Assembly (NCBI GenBank): GCA_964187785.1
Contig: OZ076409.1
Location: forward strand, 39,620,001-39,684,000
Reading direction: 5' to 3'
DNA length: 64,000 nt
Source: Amphiscolops sp. MND2022
Lineage: Eukaryota
The translations under genes were made by a program, and so were the position numbers. The stretch's first letter is position 1. The number at the start of each line of letters is the position of its first letter. Shown piece by piece: positions 1 through 13,100 of the stretch. The notes beneath the pieces are model-generated. The model saw nothing but the letters and a program-made list of their open reading frames with translations, searched no databases and was not told the origin of the DNA.

Positions 1-1407
1 GTGCCTCAGCTTAGATGCCAACGACTTCGTCTACATGGACGAAAGATTAGTAATCCCCAAGACGCTAAGACCAATCATCATGAGATCACTGCACTACGGG
101 CACCCGGGGCGAGATGCCATGTTGGCAACAATTTCTAATGTGTGGTGGCCAAGACTGCATCGAGAGGTAGTCACAATCGCCAGAGAATGCCCCCAATGCA
201 AAGAATCTGGTTAGAACATAAAAACAATACTTAGCCAAAAACAAATAGGGAAATTGCCTGAAAGTAAAGAATGTAATCAAGAGATAGCAATTGACTTCGC
301 CGGCCCATTCCAAAACGCCATAAACGCAAAAAAGTACCTTTTAGTATCAGTATATCACTTTTCGGGATTGCCGGAAGCAAAGTTTTTAAGAAAGCCAACC
401 ACAGAAAAGGTAATAGAAGTTTTAAAGAACTATATTACAAGGCACGGAATTCCACAGACCATAAGAACGGACCCGGCGACAAATTTCCGAAGTAGGCGAT
501 TTAGGAATTTTGCCAAAAACGACTAATCCGCCACATAGAATGTCCAGAAAGGGACCACCGCGGAAATGGCAAAATAGAGAGACTAAATTCGTTTCGGAAT
601 ATTTCAGATCAACCACAGCCAGCCATCCAACTCAGCGACACAGACTTCGAGTCGGGACAGGACTCAACTATCATGGTACGCGAGAAGACAAGAGGCACAA
701 AGCTTGAGAGGGCCTACAAGAAAAAGAAGGGGGTACTGCTCGAGCAATCGAATCATACCATAAACTTCCTGCCAGCAGGCAGAAATCAGCCAACGATCAT
801 CTCCAAACGCGACGTGGCGAACAACACCAACCAACCATGCTGCTCCCGCGAAGCAACAAAGCAACTAGCGTCACAAAATACAGGCACAGCATTGGCGGGA
901 AACAAGCCATTCACAAGGGAGGACGACAGCAGCTCAGAAGTGGCAACAAGAGATGACCTGCCAATCACCATGAACTTGCCAGAAACATCACGCCCGCTAA
1001 CTCCAACAACAGAACAGCGACGAAAAAAGAAATCAGCACTAGAACAACTAAAGCAAAAAGTAAAGAAAACAAAGGAGGGGAAGAAGATGAAAAGAGCAAA
1101 ACAAAATCAAAAACCAGAACAAATCACAGAAATCGGAAGCGAATCAGAAGAAGAGATGTGGCCACAACAAGAAGCCGAACCCAATATCAAAGAAAAAAAG
1201 CAAGACAATGAAGAAGAAGACAACAGAAGCGAGCAAAACCCAGCAACCATGATAGACACTACCAATCAAAACGAAGTACAACAACTGCCGAACCCACCAC
1301 GCCGAGGAAACAGAAACCGGCCCAAAACCGACTTCTTTGGCAACAACATAATGGTTTCACAAATAACCAAAAGCCCGAGAAGAGAAGAAGAAAACGATGA
1401 AAACTAA
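1..1407 (+). mobile_element. 3' part of a degenerate Ty3/Gypsy (Mag-like) pol: integrase zinc finger and core, then a K/E-rich C-terminal tail
   Basis: Translates to LHYGHPG...WWPRLHREV...C..C, IAIDFAGPF, IRTDPAT, GNGKIERL. Stops, frameshifts and a deletion after IERL; ORFs 254-526 and 673-1407. Confidence 0.9.
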
Positions 1408-1543
1408 ACCTACAAACTACTCTGTAAAATCTACAAACTACTCTTAGGAGAAGAAAAATTTTCAGTTTCGTAAATTGGCAATTGTACAATTTATATTATT
1501 ACACGCCTGTACAATAAATACAAATTTGTGTTAAATCGGGGGA

Positions 1544-1717
1544 TGTGAGAGAGGCTAAGCTATACTCTCGAAACTGACCTCATTCAAATAAGAAAAGTGT
1601 CTAGTTGTTGACAAACATAAATGACAAACACGGTACAGCATCTAGACTTAGGACTTAGTAGAAGTCATCGTCAACAGTAACAGATAGATTGCTTGTTTCT
1701 TATTTTTGTCTCATACA
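1544..1717 (+). mobile_element. 3' LTR of the element at 1-1407
   Basis: Polypurine tract cgggggga directly before TGTGAGAG (1544); probable end ...tcatACA (1717). The same PPT/LTR start pattern occurs in the related element at 22243. Confidence 0.65.
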
Positions 1718-2603
1718 GAATTGAAAAATGTGGTAATTTGTGAATCCAATGGTTTCACATTTCGTTTTCTAATTTGCAATTTTTTTTATTTAAAATTTCA
1801 AGAAGGAAAAGAAACTAGAAACTCTGTTGAATGACAACCTTGAAAACAAATAGAATAATGGTGAATAAAAACAGTCAACATATATCAAAGAGTTCATCCT
1901 CTTTAGGGATAGTTCTAATGCCTTTTAGTGAAGCCATAATCGGTAGTGCATGAGGTCGAAATTTGTTTTCGCAAAACTTTGGAGTTTGCGAATTCTCCCT
2001 CAGAAGTTCAACTGTCGAGACACGGGTCTCGCGCGACTCACTCAGAACATCTACATTGTTAATGTAATCGGGGATGGTTGCGTAGGAGTCACCGGGACAT
2101 TTAATGCTGACGCACGTCAGATATTTTTTGGAGATTGTGGCATCTTGGAGGGTTCCGGTTGGTTGTTTCCTGCCCAGAAGCAATCGCAACTTGCTCATGC
2201 AAAACTGTGGATGAATCTGCAAATTAAAAAGAAAATAAGTTGAACAAGTGAAACACTATGAATTTAAAATGAACAGTTTTTCAAGTCAAATTGTAAAAAC
2301 CTCCTGGACGGCCTTTTCATTAACAATTGTTTTAACTGCGTCGAACAAACGAAACTTGAAAGGACAAGCTCTCTGAATTTTTTCTGTTGCAGTGAGAAGA
2401 AGCAATGCCAGCAGCTCGGGAAGATCAGGGAATTTGTCATCCGCGTAAGTCCTCGAATGGTCAAGGATCATCATCTCCCGTATCATAGGAATGTGTCCAA
2501 GGGCCAAAAAATTGGTCCCCACTGCAATTGAGTCACCTGTAACGATTTGATTGAGGAAAGACAGAATTATTTTTTGGTTCCAATCGTGAGTAAAAAAATT
2601 TTT

Positions 2604-3130
2604 TGGTGGAAACCAGGACAAAACAGTCAGATTTGAATGTTGACGTACCCCCTTTGGTAGTTGTTTTCTTACAGTTTAAGATATGTATATGGTTTCCACG
2701 ACACATGTGTAAAGATATGGTCCTACTTTCCACAGTCGCTTTCGTGGCCATCGAACAGTGAATGCTATTTTGGTGGAATCCAAGACAATATGCTCAAAAT
2801 GGTGGAAACCAGGACAATACAGTCAGATTTAAATATTGACGTACTACCCCCTTTGGTAGTTGTTTTCTTACAGTTTAAGATTAGTATGCGGTTTCCACGA
2901 CACATGTATAAAGATATGGTCTTACTTTCTATAGTCGTTTTGGGACCATTCAAGAACGAGCTCATTCGTTGAGTGCTAATGAAAAAATGGCAATTGATCA
3001 AAATCTGCCACATTTTGATGACAAGACAGTTATGAATAAATGCCATGTTTTCAAAAAATGCCATGCAAAATTGATAGGTGTTTTCGTGAGACTAGGACTT
3101 TTGAGACAAATTTTGTGTTTATTACAAGTC
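2604..3130 (+). repeat. 199-bp repeat array plus associated tail, inside the JmjC intron
   Basis: Unit core gacgtactaccccctttggtagttgttttcttacagtttaag recurs at 199-bp spacing (2661, 2860). Confidence 0.95.
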
Positions 3131-3420
3131 AAGGAGAAAAGTATTCGTTGCTATTACATGTCATGATGGTTGGGACACCGGGGACAAAATATGGGCGGCC
3201 TGGTCGCGTTTACAATGTTCATATTCAGCTTCAAATTGTTCTGATTCACGGTTCAATAGCAATAGCTGAACAAAGAGAAATTGTTGATCTCACTTGTCCG
3301 TAATTAGGATTCTAATTAATTGTTAGCTAGCAATGGAATACTGCCTAGCAAAAACTTGCATAACTTCGAAACCAAATTTTACATTGTATTACTTTGTTAA
3401 AGACTCAGAATTGTTAGACA

Positions 3421-3770
3421 TTGAACAGTGAATGCTATTTTGGTGGAATCCAAGACAATATGCTCAAAATGGTGGAAACCAGGACATTACAGTCAGATTT
3501 AAATATTGACGTACTACCCCCTTTGGTAGTTGTTTTCTTACAGTTTAGGATTAGTATGCGGTTTCCTCGACACATGTATAACGTTATGGTCTTACTTTCC
3601 ACAATCGTTTTAGGACCATTCAAGAACGAACTCATTTGTTAAATGCTTATGAAAAATGGCAGTTGACAGAAATCTGTCATACTTCGATGACAAGACAGTA
3701 ATAAATAAATGCAATTTTTAATAAAATGCCTTGCAAAATTGTTTTCAATGTTTTCGTGAGACAAAGACTT
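3421..3770 (+). repeat. 199-bp repeat unit plus tail; 2604-3770 is largely duplicated at 6233-7590
   Basis: The linker 3130-3420 is near-identical to 6960-7251 (identical ORFs 3040-3303 and 6871-7134). Confidence 0.9.
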
Positions 3771-3781
3771 TTTAAAGCCTG

Positions 3782-4220
3782 GGTAGATCGGTTTTTGCCG
3801 TACGATTTTCATATTGAACAAACACCGGGGAGAACTCTGGGAATAGCTGACTATTTGTCAAGGCATCCTTCCTAATGTGAAGGATCAATCATTCAATCTG
3901 AGGAATTATTCAAAGATTGGTTCACCGTAAAGGTAGTAGACAAGTTCACAAACGAATTAAAACGGACGGTATTGGCGAGAAGAAACGGACCAATCAAATC
4001 GCGAGAGAGTGTAAATCGAACGCGGAAAACATGCAAACGAGTATTGACACTGTAGAGTGAAAAAGAAAGTATTAAGTTGTGGCAAAATTATGCATCGTGC
4101 CAATACCGGAAAAAACGCCAAAATTACAAAAATGAATCCAACACTAGAAAGAGATCGTCAGCTAAATTCGTTCAGAATTAGTCAAGTGTACGTAAAAGCG
4201 AATTACGAAAAAGACCAACT
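3782..4220 (+). mobile_element. Gypsy pol fragment (end of RNase H and linker)
   Basis: VDRFLPYDFHIEQTPGRTLGIADYLSRHP...ELFKDWFTV...SQVYVKANYEKD. Confidence 0.85.
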
Positions 4221-6232
4221 GACACTTCTTTCATAACTCAAAGAGACTAAAGAAGACCATAATACCTTTCGTGAGGACAAAATGAAGGTAGTTGGCAGGC
4301 ATAACTAGCATGTCACTGGGTGTAACATTGAGTCGGATGCATCCTTCTTCCAGTTCATTGATGGCACCAAAGAATGTGGGCCTGAAACATCAAACTAAAT
4401 CAAAACTAGTTTTTATGCACTGTTTCTGGAGTTATTGGTGTCCGTTGTTTCGTTGAAAAAAATTAATTTATAAATTTATAATCAACTCTTATAAAATTCA
4501 AAAACTCTTCGTTAGTTTCAATTAAAAACGCTTACGTTTGGTCATTTTCTGCATCTGACCATTTCTCGAAGATTGCCATATTCTTTTTTGTTGGCTTGAC
4601 CAAGAAAAAAATTTTCTCGCCACGAAGAACAGTATAGCAAACAGAAGTTGCTGAAAAGTCTTGGTGCAAGTTGTGTGCGCTGAGTCCTGCGTAATCAGCA
4701 GATAATATGAAGTGGCACATGAATAAGGCTCGAGGCTAGTCTTCCCAATGAGTTTTTCAACCAGGTGACCAATGGAATTGTCTCTCACCATCTTTGGGAC
4801 TGTGTACAGCTTCTTAAACACAAAAACTTAGTTTAAAAAATGAAAATAGTTGAAAAATGAGGTTATTCTTTCATCAAGTTTCCCAACTCACTTTTGGCTT
4901 CATCCTGATATCAATAACATTCAGTGGATACTTCACGTCATCAGGGCCACATGAATTCAAAACATCTACGAACTCCGGTATGGATAGAGATTGCGTCTGA
5001 AACTAGGAAGTATTCATATCGTTTTATTGGAGAGAGGTAATGAATAATTTTTGTGAAATAATAACCATGGTGAAATGTGAAAAAAATAGATAAAACACTA
5101 CATGAATCCAATATACGAGACATTTTGGTTTTTTAAAAGACAGTATTTTTGCGAAAAGATAATGAAAAACTTACAGTGCCGATCTTTGCCGATTTCACAT
5201 CTAGTTGCTGCTCCGGATCAGTCAAATTTGATGCCATCAGGAGTTGCTGGACTTCACTGGGAAAATGCGCACTCCTGTCAACTTTGGGAAGCTGTATACC
5301 AGGACAATGGTTTGCACCACTTTTCCAAAGCAGAGGTATGCCGTGTTGCAACAGAGAGTCTAAATGCACACTTGGATTCTCCTGAGGGCCCTGCCACTCG
5401 TCGAAAGAAAACCCACATTCCAGAGGAATTCTCTCGCAAAATTCAAAGTACCCTGTGGTACCAAAAGGAGATGGGGGATACTCTGAGAAGGTGACATCAA
5501 CAGGCATTGGAGCTAGGGCTACTTGGCAAGATAGTGATCTTGCGACGTGATTCCGGAGTACGTACTGGTACGCGAACAACTTGCCACAACTCAGACAAAT
5601 ATGGGGACTTTTTTGACGACCTTTTGCAGCTGCTGGAAAACAAACATGTGTAAACATTTTGATTTGGATTTTTTGTTAATCTTCCTCCCAAACCCCCCGC
5701 CCGTTCTTTATATCTTTCCAGATCATAAGTATTCGAGCGAAAAACTCAATAATTTCAGTAAGGCTAAATAACTTACGATATTTGTACATGGAGACTTCTA
5801 TGCCGGCATCAATTTTGGCTTTTTGCTTGACACAGTACTTAGCGTTCTTTTGATGACGCATCCGACTTTTCTTATTAGTGAATAACTGTCCACAATTCTC
5901 ACAGGTCAGTTCTTTTTTCTTCCAGTCCTCATAGGGCATTCCTGGGCACTGCTTCTCATGACGCTGGAGGTTGAACAACCGATCAGTGACGTAATCACAG
6001 GTGCCATTGGTACAAGAAAATAGGTTGGTCGAGCTTTTTTTGTACTTCTTGTATGATGGTGCTTCATTCTGCCTTTCAGTATTTGGCAACAACTGCCCGC
6101 ATTTCTCACACGTCACTGCTTGTGACTGCGATGAGCAAGCCTGATCAGACATCTGGAATATAGGTTTAAAAAAGAAAAACATCATTTGCATTGAATTTTG
6201 TTAAAGTCCTCAAAATGGACAATAAACTCACA

Positions 6233-7590
6233 CTGGTGGAAACCTAGACAAAACAGTCAGATTTGAATATTGACGTACTACCCCCTTTGGTAGTTGTTTT
6301 CTTACAGTTTAAGATATGTATGTGGTTTCCACGACACATGTATACTGATACGGTCCTACTTTCCACAGTCGCTTTCGTGGCCATCGAACAGTGAATGCTA
6401 TTTTGGTGGAATCCAAGACAATATGCTCAAAATGGTGGAAACCAGGACATTACAGTCAGATTTAAATATTGACGTACTACCCCCTTTGGTAGTTGTTTTC
6501 TTACAGTTTAAGATATGTATGTGGTTTCCACGACACATGTATACTGATACGGTCCTACTTTCCACAGTCGCTTTCGTGGCCATCGAACAGTGAATGCTAT
6601 TTTGGTGGAATCCAAGACAATATGCTCAAAATGGTGGAAACCAGGACATTACAGTCAGATTTAAATATTGACGTACTACCCCCTTTGGTAGTTGTTTTCT
6701 TACAGTTTAAGATTAGTATGCGGTTTCCACGACACATGTATAAAGATATGGTCTTACTTTCTATAGTCGTTTTGGGACCATTCAAAAACGAGCTCATTCG
6801 TTGAGTGCTAATGAAAAAATGGCAATTGATCAAAATCTGCCACATTTAATGACAAGACAGTTATGAATAAATGCCATGTTTTCAAAAAATGCCATGCAAA
6901 ATTGATAGGTGTTTTCGTGAGACTAGGACTTTTGAGACAAATTTTGTGTTTATTACAAGTCAAGGAGAAAAGTATTCGTTGCTATTACATGTCATGATGG
7001 TTGGGACACCGGGGACAAAATATGGGCGGCCTGGTCGCGTTTACAATGTTCATATTCAGCTTCAAATTGTTCTGATTCACGGTTCAATAGCAATAGCTGA
7101 ACAAAGAGAAATTGTTGATCTCACTTGTCCGTAATTAGGATTCTAATTAATTGTTAGCTAGCAATGGAATACTGCCTAGCAAAAACTTGCATAACTTCGA
7201 AACCAAATTTTACATTGTATTACTTTGTTAAAGACTCAGAATTGTTAGACATTGAACAGTGAATGCTATTTTGGTGGAATCCAAGACAATATGCTCAAAA
7301 TGGTGGAAACCAGGACATTACAGTCAGATTTAAATATTGACGTACTACCCCCTTTGGTAGTTGTTTTCTTACAGTTTAAGATTAGTATGCGGTTTCCACG
7401 ACACATGTATAACGTTATGGTCTTACTTTCCACAATCGTTTTAGGACCATTCAAGAACTAGCTCATTCGTGAAATGCTTTCGAAAATTGGCAGTTGATAA
7501 AAATCTGCCATATTTTGACAAAAAGACAATTATGAACAAATGTCATTTTACATCAAAATGCCTTGCCAACTTGTTTTCAATGTTTTGTTT
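6233..7590 (+). repeat. 199-bp repeat array (about 3 units, linker, 1 more unit) just upstream of the JmjC gene
   Basis: Units at 6294, 6493 and 6692 (period 199); a further unit from 7252. Confidence 0.95.
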
Positions 7591-8860
7591 TAATTAGACT
7601 AGGACATCGTTAGCCAAATTTACTGGCTCTAGCTCTACTTTTTTGTCCACGAGTATTTGTGCAATATATAATTCATCTTCCTCTCTCTGCGCGTTTCTCG
7701 GTCTACGGTAACTCAAACAATTTAGAGCTTTGCATCGAAAATGACTGTATATGAATAAAATTAATTGATCATCTAAATACAAAAATATATATGAAAAGAA
7801 CAAATCAACAAGTTTCTTCTGTTGAAGCAGTAGTGAAAGAGTGGCTCGAGAGGGCTTATAATTTCTTCTTTGGATTTCTGCTGTACTGGATTTGATTTCA
7901 GGGGTACTGGTTCTGTTTAGAGCTGAGCCCTAAAAGGCTTGACGTGAAGATTATTGTTCGGTCTCCAGATGTCATCGAAAATGATCTCTTCATCATACGT
8001 GTTTTTTTGGGTAACTTCGTACTTTGTTTTCCCGTTGGGGTAGAACACTTGGCAGTAGTAGCAAAACCCAACTTTGCGTGGGGCATGCGACTTTCCAGGT
8101 AATTTGTTAACTCCGTTTTCGCCATTTTGTGAGATGACTTTATCCATTGAAGCAAGAAGCGAAAATGAGTACAGATGTATGAATTGTGGAGAGAGACTGG
8201 GTGCAGAAGAGGGTTTGCGGAGAAACCAAGTACAGATGACCTGGTAAGAGAGGCTGATTGATGGCAGAACAAGAGACTGAATGATGACAAAAAAGAATAG
8301 AGACTGGATCGTTTGAGTTTGTTTGGCAAGAATGAAAGAAATGTAATTGAAAGCCAAATTTTTTGGTTAACCCTTATTGGTTGAAATACTGCTTTGATGT
8401 CAGAATAAAGTTAGATTAAAGTGTTTGGTTCTAATTATTTAATTGTAAATGGCTTTTACCATGCCATCTTTTTCAAAGGTAATTGTATTTCGTCATTAAT
8501 TGCGCAAAATGCCCCCTCCCCAAGCGACCGCAGGGGAAAATAAGACACAAGGTTTAATTCTGACTGTATTGTAGTACGTCAAAATTTAAAATCCATTATG
8601 CCGTCCTATGGTCAAAGAAAAATTTCTCAATGTTTGAATGGCGTTTTCGAATAACATGGCGTTTAATATTATCTAGCTTGTCATCAAAATCTGGCAGATT
8701 TTGATAAACTGCCATTTTCGTAGTATCACATTCAACGAATGAGCTAAAACGACTGTGGAAAGTAAGACCCTAACTTTATACATGTGTCGTGGAAACCGCA
8801 TACATATCCTAAACTTTGAGAAAACAACTACCAAAGGTGGTAGTACGTCAATATTTAAAC
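7252..8860. repeat. Cassette copy 1: 199-bp-family arms in inverted orientation around a ~1-kb core with a decayed small ORF
   Basis: Plus-strand arm 7252-7590 and minus-strand arm ~8560-8860. Core ORF MDKVISQNGENG...FCYYCQV. Copies at 13866-15587 and 18882-20811. Confidence 0.9.
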
Positions 8861-9369
8861 CCTTACCTTGAGTATTGAGAGTTCGGATAGATAAGTATGT
8901 CTCGAGAGCCTTGCACAAAGAGGAATGAAGTAGCAAAAGTGGCAATGAATCAAAATCAAACAAAGTTTCAACAAGAAATGATAAATAAACGAGCAGTTAC
9001 TCAACTACATGTAGGTAGCACAAAATTGCAAATTACGAACTAAACGTGACTTTTCACGGACTATGGTTGACCAAGGAATCAGGAGAGAGAGTAGCGTTCT
9101 CTTTTGACAAGTGTGCATGTAGTTAGAAACTGTTCACGGGTTTGCTTCAAATTATCGAACTATAGCTTACCATAAAAGAATGAGAGTCATCTGACATACT
9201 GGAGGATCAAAACATGATAAATTGTAACCATTCTAACAATTAGTAGTTTAGCATAATCTGCCAAATTTTGATTTTGAGTGACATTTCGTATGACTGCCAT
9301 GTTATTAAAAAAACAATGTAAGATCAGTCAATAATTTTGTGAAACCAGGATCAAACTTTGTGACAATTT

Positions 9370-9757
9370 GTGACCAAAATTATTCAAGATTAATTTCACC
9401 TTTGAATTACTTTTAGCCGAGTTCCGTTGCTAGAAGAAGTCAGAGGGACGAAATATGTCCATAATATCTTTCGTGAGGACAAAAAGGAGGCCTTTTAGAA
9501 TACTAAAATGAAAAAAAAGATTTTTTGATATTTTGGTCCCAATCGTGAGTAAAAAAATTACTCACGATTGGGACCAAACTTATTCACGAATAATTTCACC
9601 TTTGAAATACTTTTTTAGCCGAATTTCGTTGCTAGAAGAAGTCAGAGGGACGAAATATGTCCATAATATCTTTCGTGAGGTCAAAAAGGAGGCCTTTTAG
9701 AATACTAAAATGAAAAAAAGATTTTGTGATATTTTGGTCCCAATCGTGAATAAAAAA
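9370..9757. repeat. Two tandem ~195-bp MITE-like units with inverted ends; a partial third copy at ~21170-21278
   Basis: Perfect 21-bp inverted repeat at the junction (9532-9552 tttggtcccaatcgtgagtaa / 9558-9578 ttactcacgattgggaccaaa); the interiors are near-identical. Confidence 0.75.
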
Positions 9758-9758
9758 A

Positions 9759-10060
9759 TTGGAGGAAACATTCAAAAGGAAAACGGCTCTGCCAATTAGA
9801 GAATCGGACCATACTGTGACAATTCTGCCAAGCCGAGGAAGCCCTGTGGTATTATCCCAAAGAGATATAGCAATCGAGAGAAAAGAGGCGAATAACCCGG
9901 GACCGTCAAAAAGGCAGGGAGTATCGGAAGATGAAAATAGCAGCAGTGAAGAAGAAAAGCCAAAACAAGCCAACTTGCCAAATAGTCAAGAAATGCTAAA
10001 TGAGGCCGAATTGCCAATTGAGGAAGAGGTACTAGAAGGGTCAGAGACGTCAAGTGAGGT
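9759..10060 (+). mobile_element. Gypsy integrase C-terminal tail fragment
   Basis: LEETFKRK...ESDHTVTIL...LSQRDIA is homologous to LERAYKKK...QSNHTINFL...ISKRDVA at 700-820. Confidence 0.75.
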
Positions 10061-10120
10061 TGTTAAAGACAGCTGAGAGGCAGTACTCAAGAAGAAAAGA
10101 AGGGGAGATAACAATGTATT

Positions 10121-13100
10121 ATGAACTGTATCTCGAAGTTAAGGCAACAGCAACTAAACGTATTGTTTTGCATTTCATTCGGCGGATTCCCAAAGCGTCG
10201 AAACGGTCGAAACACACAACCAATACGGAAACAAAAAACCACCGAAACGTGGAAGAAGAAAATATCAAATCGTAATTGTCGCTTTTGCGGTAAACCAAAT
10301 TGGTCAATGGAACATATTTGCCCAGCACGGAGAGCACAGTGTAATAACTGCAAGAAGATGGGTCACTTTGCCAAAGTGTGTAAATCCAAGACCGTCAGCC
10401 GGATACAAAAAGAACCGTCAACGGACAGTGACACCGAATCATGGCCCGAAATTGATCACATCCAATCCGTCAACGGCATAAATCGGATCGACTTCTACAA
10501 AGCGATACTATTGGTCCAAGGACAGCCAATAGAATTTATTATTGACACTGGCTCTCCGGTAACGATAATACCGCCTATAATTAATACAGCGGAATTAAAC
10601 AAAACCACAAAAAAAATACAGAAGTTCATCAATAACCTGTCCAAGAATAACCTGTCCTACAACCGTTGCTAAAACGGAACAGGGTGCACAAACAGTACAG
10701 CGCCAGGTTAACACGGTGGTTAGACAGATTAAGCCACTTCGATGTAAATGTTCAATATACCGCCGGTAAAAACATCCCATTGACGGACTACTTAAGCCGA
10801 CACCCGATCGTAAACACCGATGAAAGCGCAGCGGAGAATAACTTTAACGGTCAAAACGAAACGGAATCCGAAGAAGAGTTCGTAATAAACCAAATACACG
10901 GCTTATTCGATTTCATTCAAACGAACGTAAGCATAAAACGATTCACAGAACGAACAAAGCCGAGACAAAAAATCGACCAATCACAACACGGCACATGTAA
11001 GCGTGAACAAAATAGACAAACTCAATTGCTCGAAACTTCGATACCACTGAACGGTGTTAATCAAATCGCATCCGTGAATTCTTCAAATAGATCAGTAAAG
11101 CCATCCAATATGGACAAAATAAACGGAATTGACATGCACTTCATATTCAAGAAAAGAGGGCATTCACCAGACACCTTCAGACTCTGGACAGAGAGAAAGA
11201 GACTACTGAAACCCGAAAAATTGAGAATCGTGGGAAAAGGGACAGACAACGAAAGACTTCAAGAATACCGACCCTCACAGCAAGTACGAAAAAGAATTGT
11301 TGAATTAAATGTACAAATATACAACAGATTCTTCAGTTTTTGCGATACGCTGGGTACGACGCCACTGAAAGAGTTCCAACAGAACAATTATGAATCGTGG
11401 ATAGCACAATCATCCGACACTGAAAGCCAAACGAGCAATGTCACACAAGAAAAATGTCCCACAAACGCCATCAAAAAGTTTCGGAAACACGAAACAATAA
11501 ACCTAATCCGACTGAAACAAACTGTAAAGACGAACAACCTAGACGACGAACACAATGAGCGGACAGAGGAAACCATCAAGAAAGTCGAAAAAGATTTTGC
11601 ACTTGACTTGCCGATGTTAGTAGAAGAAACGGCGAGAGACACAAAAATCTTGAATGCTATCACTGCCGTCGAAAAGAACCAGATTGAGGGGATCTTTTAT
11701 CCCTATCGGCCACACAGACATCACCTGACAACCCGATTCGGCCTACTCTTCTATAACGACAAGATCGTTATACCCGAAGCAATGAGAAGCACAATCATCG
11801 CCATGCTCCATCAAGGACACCCATCGGCCACAAAGATGGAGCAATTATCCACAGCCTTCTGGTGGCCAGGCCTCTATCGGGAGATAAAGGAAAAAGCGGA
11901 AAACTGTCCCAGCTGCAGGTCGTCAGGTAAGAATTTAACAACGCAATTACCGTCAACGGAGAAAAACTATTTAGAAATTTTGTCCGAACCGAATCAAGAA
12001 ATACAATTGGACTTTGCCGGTCCAATAAAATCAAAGACTCGCGGCGATGTATATATTTTAGTCGCAGTCGACCGTTTTAGCAAATGGCCCACCGCCAAAA
12101 TTTGTAAAAACACCGACACACGGACAGTTTTAAAATTTTTAACGGAATACTGTTCAGATAACGGGACACCACGGAGCGTACGCACCGACAACGGTAGTTG
12201 TTTTAAAAGTAACGAATTCAAAGAATTTTGTAACCAAGAAAATATAAAACGCATTAGATGTACACCGAATCTACATGTAGAAAGAACGATACGGACAATT
12301 AAGTCATTAACTAGAGCTAATATGGCAGACGGCCTAACATTTGAAGAAGGTGTTAAATTGGCAATCAAAACAATTAGACAAACTCCGCATAGTAAGTTGA
12401 ATATGACGCCATTCCAAATGCACTACGGACGTAAGCCACGCACGGCAATAACCAGTCTAATCGGCCGATCAGAATGTCTTCTATCCAATTGGAAAAAGAC
12501 ACTGACCAATTACGTTTCAGCACAACCCACTGAGCTACAGATGTTTACAATCAACGACTCAGAGGGAGAAATGGCAGACTATCTGATTCTTAACGACTGG
12601 AAGAAAAGAAACAGATCGGTAAGCAAGGAATTTAAACAGTACCACTTTTTTGAAAAAGAAAACAAACCAAACGCAATGAAATGCAAATTTAAAACCAACA
12701 AGATACTGACAGCCGTGAATGAAACCAAACACACTATAACAACATCAGACGGAAAAATAATTCATAAAAAATTAGCTTCGAAACCGATAAAATTTCAGCT
12801 GCCGAAAAAGTCAGAGGAAAAGAGGAAACCCACAAACCGCTGTGCCAGATGCGGAAAATTTAGCCAAGGAAAGTACTGCGATACCCACAAACGAGTATAC
12901 GGTACCACCGATGAACCGGGATGCAGCTACACCCTTCCAACAATGCCAGAGAAAAGATCGACCTACGGCGATGTCATAGAAACAAGCAACGGACAAGACA
13001 AATCAACGGAAGAACAGGGACCGCAAGCAAGTAACACTACCGTCACAGCGGAAACACTACGGCCCGAAGAAGAAACCACACCCGAGATACGCACACCGCC

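Larger units (their letters stand above)
1875..6152 (-). pseudogene. C2H2 zinc finger + JmjC (KDM2/KDM7/PHF8-like) histone-demethylase-type gene, 7 exons, with a 1-bp frameshift
   Basis: Exons 6152-5777, 5632-5175, 4996-4892, 4812-4536, 4381-4266, 2536-2301, 2216-1875 have GT-AG junctions with matching phases. Spliced product includes SIPEFVDVL..PLNVIDI, TVPKMVR, [T]NLHQDFSATSVCYTVLRGEKIFFLVKPT..NMAIFEKW, PTFFG..GCIRL..DMLVMPANYLHFVLTKGDSIAVGTNFL..DDKFP, colinear with PHF8/KDM2 JmjC motifs. One base is missing at ~4672. Confidence 0.85.

Noticed and set aside
4941..5123. ORF ending FEFMWP followed by two stops, suggesting nonsense mutations in the JmjC gene
   Set aside because: Wrong frame; exon 3 (4996-4892) is open in the frame TQSLSIPEFVDVL.
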